A stretch of DNA of 64,000 nt from Azolla caroliniana (taxonomy: Eukaryota > Plantae > Polypodiophyta): contig JBHGNT010000013.1 in NCBI GenBank assembly GCA_043228905.1, forward strand, positions 8,804,001 to 8,868,000, read 5' to 3'. Positions 30,152 through 42,133 of the stretch are shown here, piece after piece. A program made the translations under genes and the position numbers. Positions within the stretch are counted from its first letter, which is position 1; every line of letters begins with the position of its first letter. The notes under the pieces were generated by a model. The model saw only the letters and a program-made list of their open reading frames with translations. It was not told the origin of the DNA and searched no databases.

Positions 30152-32137
30152 TTGAGAATGTCATCTTCTTCGAGTAGAATGTCTTTATTTTCTGTAGCCC
30201 CTTACGCTTTATCGAATAACTCATATTTCTCAATAGATGAGTACAATTATAGAAGAGTTTCAAAGGACTCCGGTCAACAAATGAACAATGATGCTCATAA
30301 TAATTCAAACTCACTTTTCTTAGTTGACCCTATTAATGGGCCGGGTGAAAGTGGTACCCAACAGAGTGGAATGTGTGAAAGCTTTGAACTAAATGCAACC
30401 TCTACAAATGATGTTGGTGTTACTCAGCCTCTTACATTTAAACGAATTCCTCAACAGGTTAATCAAAAGAGATGTAACTTTTTATGTTCTGATCGTCAAC
30501 TTGTTTGCGATTCAAGCAAGACATGTTGTGGGAATCTCTACCTTTTAAAATTTGGAAAGGCAAACTTAACGGGAACGCGGCAAAATTATTTATCACTTAA
30601 TAGTGAAGAGCAAGATACATTCCTTATCTCGCATATGCAGCTTGTAATGGATCACAACGCATAGCCTAATTCAACGCATGTTGAATATTTCCTTGGACTA
30701 AGTACTGAGTGTTATCGGGCTACTTTCAAAATTGCTCATAGCATTGGAAATATGAGGCTCTAGGGAGTTCAACAATGACTATTGAAGGGTTTGTGGATAC
30801 CATTAGACAAGAATGGTATTGGATGTAAGGGTCTAATTGGGCGACATGTTGTTAGGTGGATGGAGATATATTTCTTAAAACAATGCGATATTATGCCTAC
30901 TGCTGAAAGCTTGCATTTGTCTGATAACTTCACTCGTCATGAAGTTTACCAATCATACAAGGATGACATGTCATTAGAAGGTGTACCTTACATAAAATAT
31001 AGACATTTTAATCGATTATGGAGGTTACAATTTAACAATGTGGTTATACCACGAAAGATGAGGATGGGAGCCTGCTCAATATGTGCAAGTCTAAAAAGTA
31101 TGGCAAAGGGTGGGAGATCATATGAAGAAATAAAGAATGATAAGAATTTATTAAAAGAACATTGTGAAAGTCAAGCATTGGAACGTTCTAAAGCTATGCA
31201 TCACCGACAAAAAGCTCTTCAATCACCCAAAAAGTATATGTGCATGATTATAGATGGCACGGATCAGAAGAAGACTTGTTTTCCGCACTTCCAAATGCTG
31301 CCAAAGGACATTGGAGATGAATGTCTTGTGCGAATGCATCTAGTAGGTTGTTTGATGTATTGTCAGACAATAAGGCCTCAAGTATTCTTAACTTATCCTA
31401 ACAATGACCCTAATCTTACAGTCACCGTCATGCAAAGAGTGTTACAATCTTGGAAAGGTATAATACCACCAATTTTATACGTGCAACTTGACAACACAGC
31501 CAGAGAAAATAAAAACTCGACTATGTTTGGTTATTTAAGAATGCTAATAGAGAGGGGCATATTTAAAAAGATTGAGGTAAACTTCTTTACTAGTTGGTCA
31601 TACCCATGATCATATAGATAAAATGTTTAGTAGGTTCTCAAAGAAACTAGCATGACCTAATGCGTTCATGCTTACGACGCTATCAAAGTTAATAAGCGAA
31701 GCATATACCCTGAAGCCAGAAGTACATCATTTGAATAAGGTGTATGATTTTAAACGCTTCTGCGTGGATGGTGATGGGGCTCAATGTAGGGTGCTTGCAC
31801 CTCCTAATAATATAAGTTTTAACCTTGTCTTCCTCATAAAACGAGATTCTACGAGCCACACCATGGTGGTTTTGTATGCAAAACAATACTCATCAAGTTC
31901 ACAATGGGAGCCACAAGAGGGTTGTAGGCTCTTACTTCATTTTCTAGATGCTCAAATCCATGGTGCAGAGAAAATGCCATATGATGATCATAAAAAATTG
32001 GCTCCCGGTAGTTCATTTGATGAGCAAAGGATACATTGGTTTGGTTGTGATGCCTAGAAGAGAAACAAAAAAATATTGAGTGCAACAAGAAGTATGTTGG
32101 TGATCAAGTTGTTGAATGGTGGGGTATCTTCTTCAAA
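30152..32137 (+). pseudogene. Sola-like DDD transposase, copy 1 (decayed, truncated at 32137)
   Basis: CSIC...H zinc motif, MIIDGTDQKKT, LYVQLDNTARENKN and a frameshifted LLVGHTHDHIDKMFS; stops and frameshifts present. Superfamily assignment is from motif recall. Confidence 0.75.
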
Positions 32138-32171
32138 CACATTCGCGTTCACAAGTGGAAGGCTCGCACAT

Positions 32172-32668
32172 TCCACATGTAGATTCCTTTTGTAAATATT
32201 CAAATATACCCTCTCTACAAAAATGGGATGCACTAGTATCACATGTTCCACAACTTGATTAGAATTTGCAAAATTAATAAAACATCATAGGTCTTTGAGT
32301 GGAGAAAATATGAAATTCACTTAACTTTGGATGTGTTGATATGTTAATGCCATTATCCAAATATCCACATGTAGATTCCTTTTGTAAATATCCAAATATA
32401 CCCTCTCTACAAAAATGGGATGCACTAGTATCACATGTTCCACAACTTGATTAGAATCTACATGTGGAATATATCCAATATTCCACATGTAGATTCCTTT
32501 TGTAAATATCCAAATATACCCTCTCTACAAAAATGGGATGCACTAGTATCACATGTTCCACAACTTGATTAGAATTTGCAAAATTAATAAAACATCATAG
32601 GTCTTTGAGTGGAGAAAATATGAAATTCACTTAACTTTGGATGTGTTGATATGTTAATGCCATTATCA
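32172..32668. repeat. Complex tandem duplication (~186-bp unit twice plus a partial copy) with a fold-back junction
   Basis: TCCACATGTAGATTCC... starts at ~32173, 32365 and 32482; 19-bp inverted repeat at 32454-32472 / 32478-32496. Confidence 0.9.
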
Positions 32669-35600
32669 TAAAGTTCAACAATGGCTCAATATCACACTTT
32701 TGTGTGACATGGCAAACACTAAGATGAAGACTTATATTTGTTTGGTAAGTTTTGTAAAAATATGAGGTGTAATTGTATCCATGCTAATAAAATGAGTTAT
32801 AATTTATAGTTTGACCCATACTCGTATGTATATAATTGTGGACAATGTAAGATAGTGAACCATAAGATAATGTGATTGAAATAACAAACTTATTAAGGCT
32901 TTCAATACTCGTGTTTAAAGTTGATCTAATCTAATCCTTAGGTGATTTGCATGGGATCGAACACCCAAAGGATAACACTAATGAGACTACAAGCGTATGA
33001 AAAATGTGGATATTGATGAGAGGTGTACTCTAAGGTCGTGCAACAAATGGGGCAATGTGGCATCGACCATTATCAACACACTACACAATGTAAGTAGCAA
33101 TGGAAGACAAACAAATATAATAGTTTGATAATTAAGAACACACTAGACATTCTAAGCAGCAGTAGAAGACAAAGATCCATAATATATGGACTATTATATA
33201 TTAGACACACTTTGACAGTCTCGACAACCGATCTCAATTAACGACATGGACAACCTTGACGACCATTCAACGGGAATAATATGTTTAGGTAATGTTTGAC
33301 CGAAATCAGCCTTACGGTAAACTAATTCATGTTTCTCCATATTAGAGTCAACAATAGATGTGATGAAACCAATGTCATAAGTCAACAAAACAAGTATATA
33401 GGAATATAATTGAAACATATAGAAGAATATGGAGTACACCAATGGAAGAACCCAAAATTTGTATTAGAGCTTGGAATTCATAAGTTTACAATTCATCAAC
33501 AAAACATTCTATTACATAGTAATCAAATCATCAACGTCATTCTCCTCTTCATTCCTTACAGAAGTCTCTTCAGCTATTTGTGCATTGTCTTTCCATGTTA
33601 GCCGAGCAACCATAAGATATTCTATGAGCTCGTCATCAAGCTCAATTAGCTCCCCCGGTTCCCGAGCTAACGGAGGAATAGGCTCTCGTGAAGCCGGTTG
33701 AAACCTTTCCGTATCAGCGATGTGCTTTGCACCGACCTCCTGGTTCTGGTCTAGGCATTCCCACAAGGCCTTAGTCCTCATATTTATAAATATAACCTGC
33801 TCCTCGTCCTTCTCCAATGCAACAGTGTTTCTGAAGAGCTTCAATGCGTATGCAAACATTGTCCCTGTAAAGAAAAGGGCAAGAAGACATAGTTATCGAA
33901 CCATGAGATGTTGAGAATCAAGCTCAACTTGGTCTAGTGTGTGAATTCAACTTGAGAGTGAATTGACACTCCAACGGTCAAGAGTCACCATTATGTCACC
34001 TCTTTGTATTCTAGCATTTAGTATGAGTCATAGAATCATATTCTATGACACATAACTTATGAGCTTTCACATTCCCCATGCTCCATGAGTCTTGTAGTTA
34101 ATGAAGAGAGAGGGTGACTATATAAAGCACCCTCCTCCCACCTTGTATAGCATTAAGTCTTTCTCCTTTGTTAATACACTTTTACCTTGCGTATTCTCTA
34201 TGTCTTACTCCCTATCTCTCTCACACACACTCTCTCTCTCATACACACACATAACTCACATCTCTTCCGCTTCACAAGAATAATATCCAATTCTTTACAT
34301 GGTATCAGAGCGATTTGGTAGCTCAATCTAGCCCATTCGCCTCATCGTGATCGTGTGTTGTGCTCTACGCCGACGACCAAGAATTGGCTCATCGCTATTG
34401 TAGCTTCGCTACATAGCTCGCATTCGAAGAGAGAAGAAGAAGAAGAAGAATCAACATAATGAATACTCAAATGGGGAGCGCTCTCCCTACCGAGAAGTTG
34501 GATCGAAACAACTTCGCATCTTGGGAGTACAAGATGCACCAATACCTTGTCGGACAAGGCTATTGGAGCTACATCAAAGAAGAGCACGAAGACCGACCCG
34601 CCAAAGCGGCTCTCGGATACGTGACATGGGAGCAAGCCACAAGACGCATGATGTATTGCTTGGCGACATGTGTTCATGATCACATGCTTAGCTACATTCG
34701 CGAAGCCAAGACGCCGAAGGAGGCATGGGAAAATCTACGAAAGATTTTCGCGGCAAACACAACCGCAAGAAGGCTTCAACTCCGCCAAGAGTTGAACAAC
34801 ATTCAACAAAGGGACATGTCCACCACGACATGCACCTTGAAAATCAAGGAGCTTTGCGACTCGCTCGGCTCGATAAGCATAAGTATCGATGATGATGAGA
34901 TGGTGCAAATATGCCTCGGCGGCCTCGCACCACGGTTCGACACGATGCGAACCGCCGTTCTAGCAAGGGAGAAATCTCCCTCCTTCGAGCTCCAATCAAT
35001 GCTATTGGTTGAAGAAAACCACGTGTGTACAAGGAGCAATGAGTCGGAAGGCCACATGCTCTACACGCACTCGAACAGAGGAAGAGGACGCGGACGAGCG
35101 AGAGGCCGATTCGGCCAAGGACAAGGCAGACAAGGTCCGACCTACGACAACAACTCCCAATTTTGGCCGCAAAACAGAAGCCAACGAGGAACCTTCACAA
35201 GAAGGGGGAGCTTCCACTCTGGCCTGAGCCATCAAAACGCAACCGAATGTGGATATTGTGGAAAGCTCGACCACCACGAAGAAGAGTGCCAAAAGAAGAT
35301 GCGTGAATCGGCTTCCACAAGCCAACAACTCACGAATTATGTGAACAATTCCGACTACGAAGAGTATAGAGGAATGTACGGGCACAACTCCGACTACGAA
35401 GATCGCGGCGGAATGTATGCACACAACTCCGACCGTGGCGGAATGTTCGTGATGAAACATAGAGAAAACTCTATGTCGGCCTCTACCTCAACTAATGCCT
35501 CCGGTCTAGAAGACGTATGGTTCGTCAATTCCAGTGCCTCGAACCATATGACATCACATCAAGAATGGTTCCTAGAACTTTGAGAGCCGGACCGACCCGG

Positions 35601-38600
35601 ATATGTCGAAATCGGAGACGACACTACACACCCGATTCGGCACATCGGCAATGTTCCGTTCGGAAAAGAAGGTAAGAAAAATTACATTAAAAATGTCTTG
35701 TATGTACCCACCATTACGAAGAATTTGGTCTCCGTCAGCCAAATTGTAGAGCAAGGGATGCAAGTTCGATTTAATCAAGGCAGTTGCTTCATCGAAAAAG
35801 AGGGCCGACTCATCGCACGCGGATGAAGAGAGGGCCAAATGTTCATTCTCGACTCACACGAGATGAAATCGGCCATGTTCACAAAGGGCATGAAAGCCAA
35901 CTCCGACATAGAGCTATGGCACAAGCGAATCAGCCACATCAATCTCAACAAACTCAAAGCAATGAAATCGAAAGGAGTCATCATCGAACTTCCAACATTC
36001 AAAGAGAAGGAGATTGAAGGTGTATGCGAAGCGTGCCAATTCGGCAAGCAACACCGACACCCATTCCCGAAAGAGCGGAATGTGAGCAAAGGTCTACTCA
36101 ACGTAGTCCATCCCGACGTATGGGGACCGGTGCAGACGGCTACATTCGGCGGATGCCGATATTACGTACTCTTTATCGACGAATTCTCTAGGCACACTTG
36201 GATCTACCCGATGCGGCAAAAGAGCAAAGTGTTCGGACACTTCCAGAAATTCAAGAATGAAGTCGAGAAAGCCACGGGCCGACATGTACGATGCCTTTGA
36301 TCGGATGGCGGCAAAGAGTACTTCTCGGACGATTTCACGGCGTATCTCCGAAAGGAAGGAATTCAGCGAGAATTCACTTACCGACATAATCCGCAATAAA
36401 ATGGAGTAGCCGAGCACAAAAATCGGCACATCCTCGAAGTGGCGTGGGCCGAAGCTGTAGATACGGCCGTCTACCTAATGAACCGGTGCAAAACATCCGG
36501 AGTGCACGAGGTCACTCCGCACGAAAAATACTTCGGAAAGAAGTTGGATTTATCGCACACCCGGATATTCGGCGTGATAGCGTACGTGCACATCCCCGAC
36601 GAGAAGCGTCAAAAGCTTGACCCGAAGTCGGAGAAATGTATCCTCGTAGGATACTCACTGGAGCAAAAGGGGTACAAGTGCTACAACCCCTCAACTCGAA
36701 AATCTCGAGTAAGTCGAGACTTCGTTTTTGATGAGTCTGCATCTTGGTATGCACCAGAGACAACTCCGACTCCGCTCGACCCAGAATCCGCCGAACAAGA
36801 GATTAAGATCGCCTTACGCGTATGTTCGAAGAAAGTCCGATCACGACCCGACTGAGTGGACCACAAGAGCCTTTGAGCGATCAAAGCACATCACAACCTA
36901 GGCCGATGATGGACAAAGGCAAGGCGAAAATGTCGGAATACGAAGACGATCGCTTCAACGATGATGAGTCGACTCACTCACTGGACAATGAGTTCGGCGG
37001 CTTCAATGTACCAATCAGAGCTAAGAAAGCCCTCATCTCTGCAAATGTAAAGCTCTGTTGCTCCACCCGTGAAAAGAACCCCGTAAGCCAATTTGGCTAC
37101 AACGATTATATGGTGTACTATTACGCCTTTATGATGAAGGTAGCAACAAACAGGAGTCGGAAACCTTTTCCGAAGCCGTGAAGGACCCGCGATGGATCGA
37201 AGCAATGAATGAGGAGATGTAGGCACTACGGAAGAACGAGACATGGGATCTCGTTCCCACCTCACCACACAAAAAGGCGATCGGATGGAGATGGATTTAC
37301 AAAGTGAAGTACAACACCGACGGTTCCGTCAACCGCTACAAAGCGCGACTCGTAGCGAAAGGCTATGCACAAATGCACGGAGTTGACTACGAGGAGACCT
37401 TTGCCCCAGTGGCAAAGATGACAACGGTACGGACCGTAATTGCGCTTGCCGCGGTGAAAGGGTGGCACCTCCATCAAATGGACGTCAAGAACGCCTTTCT
37501 ACAAGGCGAATTAGAAGAGGAGGTGTACATGATACAACCACCCGACTTCAACTCGAGCACCCATCCAAAAGCTGTATGCCGACTCAAGAAGCCACTCTAC
37601 GGCCTCAAGCAAGCACCGCGTGCTTGGCATTCGAAGATAACGCAATATCTTCATCAAATCGGCTTCCGTATGTCAAAATCGGACACCTCCCTCTATATAC
37701 GAAGCGATTCCGCAAGTCCGATCGTCATCATTTTATATGTGGATGACCTAGTCATTGGAGGCGAGCATCTCGTCGAAATCAATAAAGTCAAATTCCTCCT
37801 TTCCGACAATTTCGAGATGACGGACATGAAGGAGCTCCACTACTTCCTCGATAATTCGGACTCCGGCCGGAATCAGCATCTCTCAACGGCACTATATCCT
37901 CAACTTGTTATACAAGTTCGGAATGGCTGAGTGCAAATCCGCGGCAACCCCGCTCGATCACAATCTGAAACTAGATGCGAACTCCGGCACCAAAGCGTGT
38001 GAGCCGACTCAATATCAGCAACTCATCGGGAGTCTCATCTACCTCACGATCACTTGACCCGATCTCAGTTATCCAGTCGGCCTCCTTAGCCAATTCATGC
38101 AAACACCGCGTGATACTCACTTGGATTGCGCTAAGCGAGTTCTACGATACGCTTTTTTAAGATTGCTTAAAGTGTGCGGCACTTCATCGGGGGTTGTTTG
38201 GGGTGGACTGAAGTTTAGATGTTATTTGTATGTCTAAACATAAGTAGTGATATAGTTTTAGAAGAATAGAATAGTGAGGGTGTGGGTGGGGGTTAGGGGA
38301 GTGTAGCTTATTGAAGTTATCAAAAGTATTTAAACCTAATCAAAGCTTTTAGAACATATTAAAGATCATTGGGATAACTTAAGTTATTAGACACCAATAA
38401 AGTACTATTAAAACACCAATATAGCATATTATTAAAACGGGACCACACACTTAGATGAACGGGAGTTGTTTAAACACACGCTTAAGCAAACACTTAAAAG
38501 AAAGATTATTATAAAAAAAATAGAAATAAAAATAGAAAAGAGAGATTGAGATTAAAAAATGATTATGGTTAAGAAGGGATTATGATTAAGGGGGAAGGGG

Positions 38601-39069
38601 TTGCTAAACAAAGTACTTAAACGAATGTTTAAACAAATATTTAGATAAGAAAACACTTGGGCAAACACTTAACGCAAGGTTATGATTAAAAGAGAAGGGA
38701 GGGATTATGGTTAAAGAAAAGGGGTCATGGTTGAGAAGAGAATGATTATGATTAAGAGAGGAGAATACTTAAACAAATGTTTAAACAAAAAGTTAAACCT
38801 AAAAATGATTGAACAAGTACTTAAAAAAAAGGGGGTTAAACAAGTACGTAATAAAAATAAAAATGATTATTAAACAAGTACTTAATAACAAATGATTAAA
38901 TAAATACTTAAACACTTAAGACAAAAAAAAAAAAAAAAATTTTGATAAAAAAGTGATTAAACAAGTACTTAATAAAAATTTATTAAATAAGTACTTAAGA
39001 ACTTAAGACAAAAAATTAGATAAGAGCAACACATAGAAGGAAAGAAAGTTTTACTATCATAAGGCAACG

Positions 39070-39115
39070 ATCGACAAATGCATTTCGCCTCGATGGAGGC
39101 TCTTCAGTGCCCGAT
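39070..39115 (-). ncRNA. Minimal type I hammerhead ribozyme
   Basis: Minus strand reads ATCGGGCA-CTGAAGA-GCCTC(CATC)GAGGC-GAAA-TGCATT-TGTCGAT: conserved core, 5-bp stem II, palindromic stem III and bulged stem I; ~160 nt 3' of the RT stop. Confidence 0.8.
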
Positions 39116-39277
39116 GTACAAATGATGAAAACTAAGCCTACTAGGTTGCTCTTTTTATAGGGAGAGGGAAGAGAGTCCTTTGTATGTGGGACATACAAAA
39201 GTGTGTACAAAGGGAAGGTAAAAGAGTGTACACAAGACTTTAGGTGGGGGTTAACAGGGGTGAGAGTACATAAAACA

Positions 39278-42133
39278 TTAGGTGGGGGGAAAGGATGCGT
39301 GTACTAGGTGGTTTCTTAGTTTTTTACCATTTAGCCAACACGTGAGAGGGGGTGTAAGGGAACTGTATTGTGGTTGTCCTAGAAGGGGTTTAAGTTTGTT
39401 TCTCACGAGCGCTCCGATTTGGAGTTTTTTGATACATGGGGAGTAACGAAGCTTAAAAACAATGGGTGGAGGTTTTTTGTTGTTGGGTTGGTTAGAGAGT
39501 AGTTGGTTTCGTATGGAGTAGGGGACGGTCGAAAAACACTTGAGTAGGAACTTCGATGGGTAGCCCCTAGCTCTTAGGCGGTCGTAGAACTTTTTGCGTA
39601 GTTCCATGTAGCCATTTTCCGAGCTCTCCCGAATAGCATACCGTTTTAGTTCTCCCGTGATGAAGCCCTTTTTGTGTGCTATGGGGTGCGAGGATTTCCA
39701 CGGGAGGTACATGTAGGCATTGAGAGGTTTTTGGTGGCATGCGGTGTCGAGGATGCCGAATTCTTTAAAGTATGGGCCTTTGAAGAAGACGACGTCCAGG
39801 ATAGTGATCTCTTTAGGGGAGCTTGTTGATTCAATACGGATGTGTTGTTGTAGAGGCACGCCGTATTGGTGTAAGAAGGTGTGAAGTGTATCGGGGGAAC
39901 CTTCCCAAACTCCTATGGCATCATCGATGTAGCGTTTGTAGTAGAGTAGTTGCGGTGTTTGGAAAGCTAGGTTGTCGTCCTCTAGCTGTGAAAGAAACAA
40001 GCAAGCGTAAACAACGGCAAAATTACTACCCATCGCGGTGCCTTTAATTTGTAACCAAAAAGCATTATTAAAGGAGAGAAAATTGTTTCTAAGTATAAGT
40101 TCGGCAACACTCATAATGATTTTGGTTTTGTGTGGTGGGAAATGATGTGAAATAGATTTTTTAAGAACCAATAGACCTTCCGTGGTAGGTATACTGGGAT
40201 ATAGTGACACTACGTCAAAAGAAAACAACGTGCAAGTTTTGGGGAAGGTGTGGTGTGCTAGGTCCTTAACAAGTGTTAAGGAGTCTTTGAGGTGTTGTTT
40301 TTTAGACAATAAGACAGGATGTAGTAGATGGTGTAGCCATTTAGAGGCTCTTTCGAAAACATAATTGTTGTAGGCGCAAATAGGGCGTCCTACAACAATG
40401 GGCTTGTGGATTTTGGGGATGATGTAGAAACGACATATCCTGAAACCATGTTTGGGTTTCTGAAGGAGGAATCTAATTTCCTCATTGGAGAGGTGGGGGG
40501 AAGCTTTCAGACATAGGTGTTCAAGTCGACTGTGGAGAGTTTCTAGGGGGACGTCTTTGACGGGGGTGTAAGTGTTTTTGTCGTTGAGCTGTCTAAGGCA
40601 TTCGTTAAGGTACCAATCCTTAGAGAGAATGCACGTGCCTAGATTTTTATCCGCGGGTTTAATAACTATGTCTTGATTGTTTTTGAGATTATGTAGTGCA
40701 GTTCTAAAGTTCCTATGAGGGCGAGGTTGGATGGTGGGTGGGGAGGGGAGGGCAGAGGTGATAGATGTGATGGTTTGTGTGATTTCTGGCACGGCTGGGG
40801 GATTCCAACTGGGGTTCGGTATTCTAAATGGAGAGATAATGTTAGTAGAGTTTCTAAAGAAATATTTGAGGCGGTAAGTTCTATCCAAGGATACAACGAC
40901 GTCTATCAATTGTTGTTTTCTAATAGGTTGGGGTGGGGGAATAAAGTCTAGACCTAAGCTTAGAAGTTTGAGTTGGGGTGGAGGAAGGTGGAAAGAGGAA
41001 AGGTTGTGCAATGAGTGATTAGTGATCCTATTCTCGAGCTGGGAGGGTGTTTGCCTTCCCAGTAAAATGTGGAGGTAGGTTAATGGTTGAAGAAGCGGGA
41101 GCCAATGTAATTTTCTAAGTCTACCCCTACGTATTTTCCTGGTAGAGGATTTAGTTTCGGTCCCGTGGTGCGTGTGTTGGGTGCGCCTTGCGGGACTGGG
41201 GGCCGGGGATGAGGAGTAGGTCGTTTGACTGGGGGCCGGGGGTAAGGCGTGGGTCGTGGAATTGGGGGTCGAGGGACTGGGGGTTGAAGGACTGGGGGTC
41301 AAGGAACTGAGGGTCGAGGATAGGACCGTGTGGTGGGTTTGATGGTCTCGAAGTGAGACATTGATTGTTTCATAGGTTGGGGTAGGGAGGTAGGTGGTGG
41401 TACATTCATCGGGACAAATATAGGGTACGTGGGGGGTATGGGATGTGTGGGTGGTACGGGATAAGCATAGCTTTGTCCATAACTTGGGATAAAGGACTGG
41501 GTCCTTAAGAAGGAGGTGGGGGCAGTGGGGGATGAATTTGATGCTTTGTGTGTCCTTGTGCCCCGTTTTTTGTCGGGGCATAGCCGTGTTTTTTGGATGT
41601 GTGTTGGGGTTTTCCTTATTAATTTTCTCTAGGAACGGTTTAAGGTAATTGTCTACTTGATTCTTGATCTTTTTTAGCCCATCATCTATTAGAGTATTTA
41701 TTGTTTTTTCTTTGCCCATCGTCATGGATTTCGAGACGATGGCGTCCTGGGCTGATTTATTAGCCACTTTAGTTTTAGCTTCTAAGGAAATCTGTATGCT
41801 AAATTCTAAGGTAGCTTGCTCTAGGTGGCTATTAAATTTAGCAAAAGTTTCATTTTTCCAATGTTGGAGTTTTTCCTCCCATTGGTGTGATGTGACAAGG
41901 TTGTGCAATGGGATATCCGAGAGCATTGATACAATGTCTTGGAGTCTTTGCTCAACCGTGGTGGGGAACTTGTTGATAGTTTCAGTAAAACTAATAGCTA
42001 GGGTTTTTTGCGCCTCTATTAATGCTAAGGTGCAATTTTTTCTATATTCTGCAGTGAGATCGTTTAGTTTTTTATTGAGGATATTTTTTGCGTTTTCATT
42101 ATTTATCGTTACCCTAGGAGGGTTAATGCGCAA
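39278..42133 (-). CDS. Penelope-like reverse transcriptase (951 aa open; N-terminus probably extends to ~42519 across one frameshift)
   Basis: IKPADKNLG, FYIIPKIHK...GRPI, SFDVVSLYPSIP, QIKGTAMGS, RYIDD, SSHP...KKGFITGELKRY, LRARGYP; no C-terminal GIY-YIG. Confidence 0.9.
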   Translation of the reverse strand: MRINPPRVTINNENAKNILNKKLNDLTAEYRKNCTLALIEAQKTLAISFTETINKFPTTVEQRLQDIVSMLSDIPLHNLVTSHQWEEKLQHWKNETFAKFNSHLEQATLEFSIQISLEAKTKVANKSAQDAIVSKSMTMGKEKTINTLIDDGLKKIKNQVDNYLKPFLEKINKENPNTHPKNTAMPRQKTGHKDTQSIKFIPHCPHLLLKDPVLYPKLWTKLCLSRTTHTSHTPHVPYICPDECTTTYLPTPTYETINVSLRDHQTHHTVLSSTLSSLTPSPSTPSPSTPNSTTHALPPAPSQTTYSSSPAPSPARRTQHTHHGTETKSSTRKIRRGRLRKLHWLPLLQPLTYLHILLGRQTPSQLENRITNHSLHNLSSFHLPPPQLKLLSLGLDFIPPPQPIRKQQLIDVVVSLDRTYRLKYFFRNSTNIISPFRIPNPSWNPPAVPEITQTITSITSALPSPPTIQPRPHRNFRTALHNLKNNQDIVIKPADKNLGTCILSKDWYLNECLRQLNDKNTYTPVKDVPLETLHSRLEHLCLKASPHLSNEEIRFLLQKPKHGFRICRFYIIPKIHKPIVVGRPICAYNNYVFERASKWLHHLLHPVLLSKKQHLKDSLTLVKDLAHHTFPKTCTLFSFDVVSLYPSIPTTEGLLVLKKSISHHFPPHKTKIIMSVAELILRNNFLSFNNAFWLQIKGTAMGSNFAVVYACLFLSQLEDDNLAFQTPQLLYYKRYIDDAIGVWEGSPDTLHTFLHQYGVPLQQHIRIESTSSPKEITILDVVFFKGPYFKEFGILDTACHQKPLNAYMYLPWKSSHPIAHKKGFITGELKRYAIRESSENGYMELRKKFYDRLRARGYPSKFLLKCFSTVPYSIRNQLLSNQPNNKKPPPIVFKLRYSPCIKKLQIGALVRNKLKPLLGQPQYSSLTPPLTCWLNGKKLRNHLVHASFPPT

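Noticed and set aside
38165-38195. Possible second hammerhead (minus strand CCGATGA-AGTG...CACT)
   Set aside because: Core deviates from CUGANGA and no GAAA follows the stem
38300-39015. Telomeric repeats or a defined pseudo-LTR at the PLE 3' end
   Set aside because: Only degenerate AT-rich TTAAACAAGTAC-like repeats; no TTTAGGG array and no matching repeat at the 5' end
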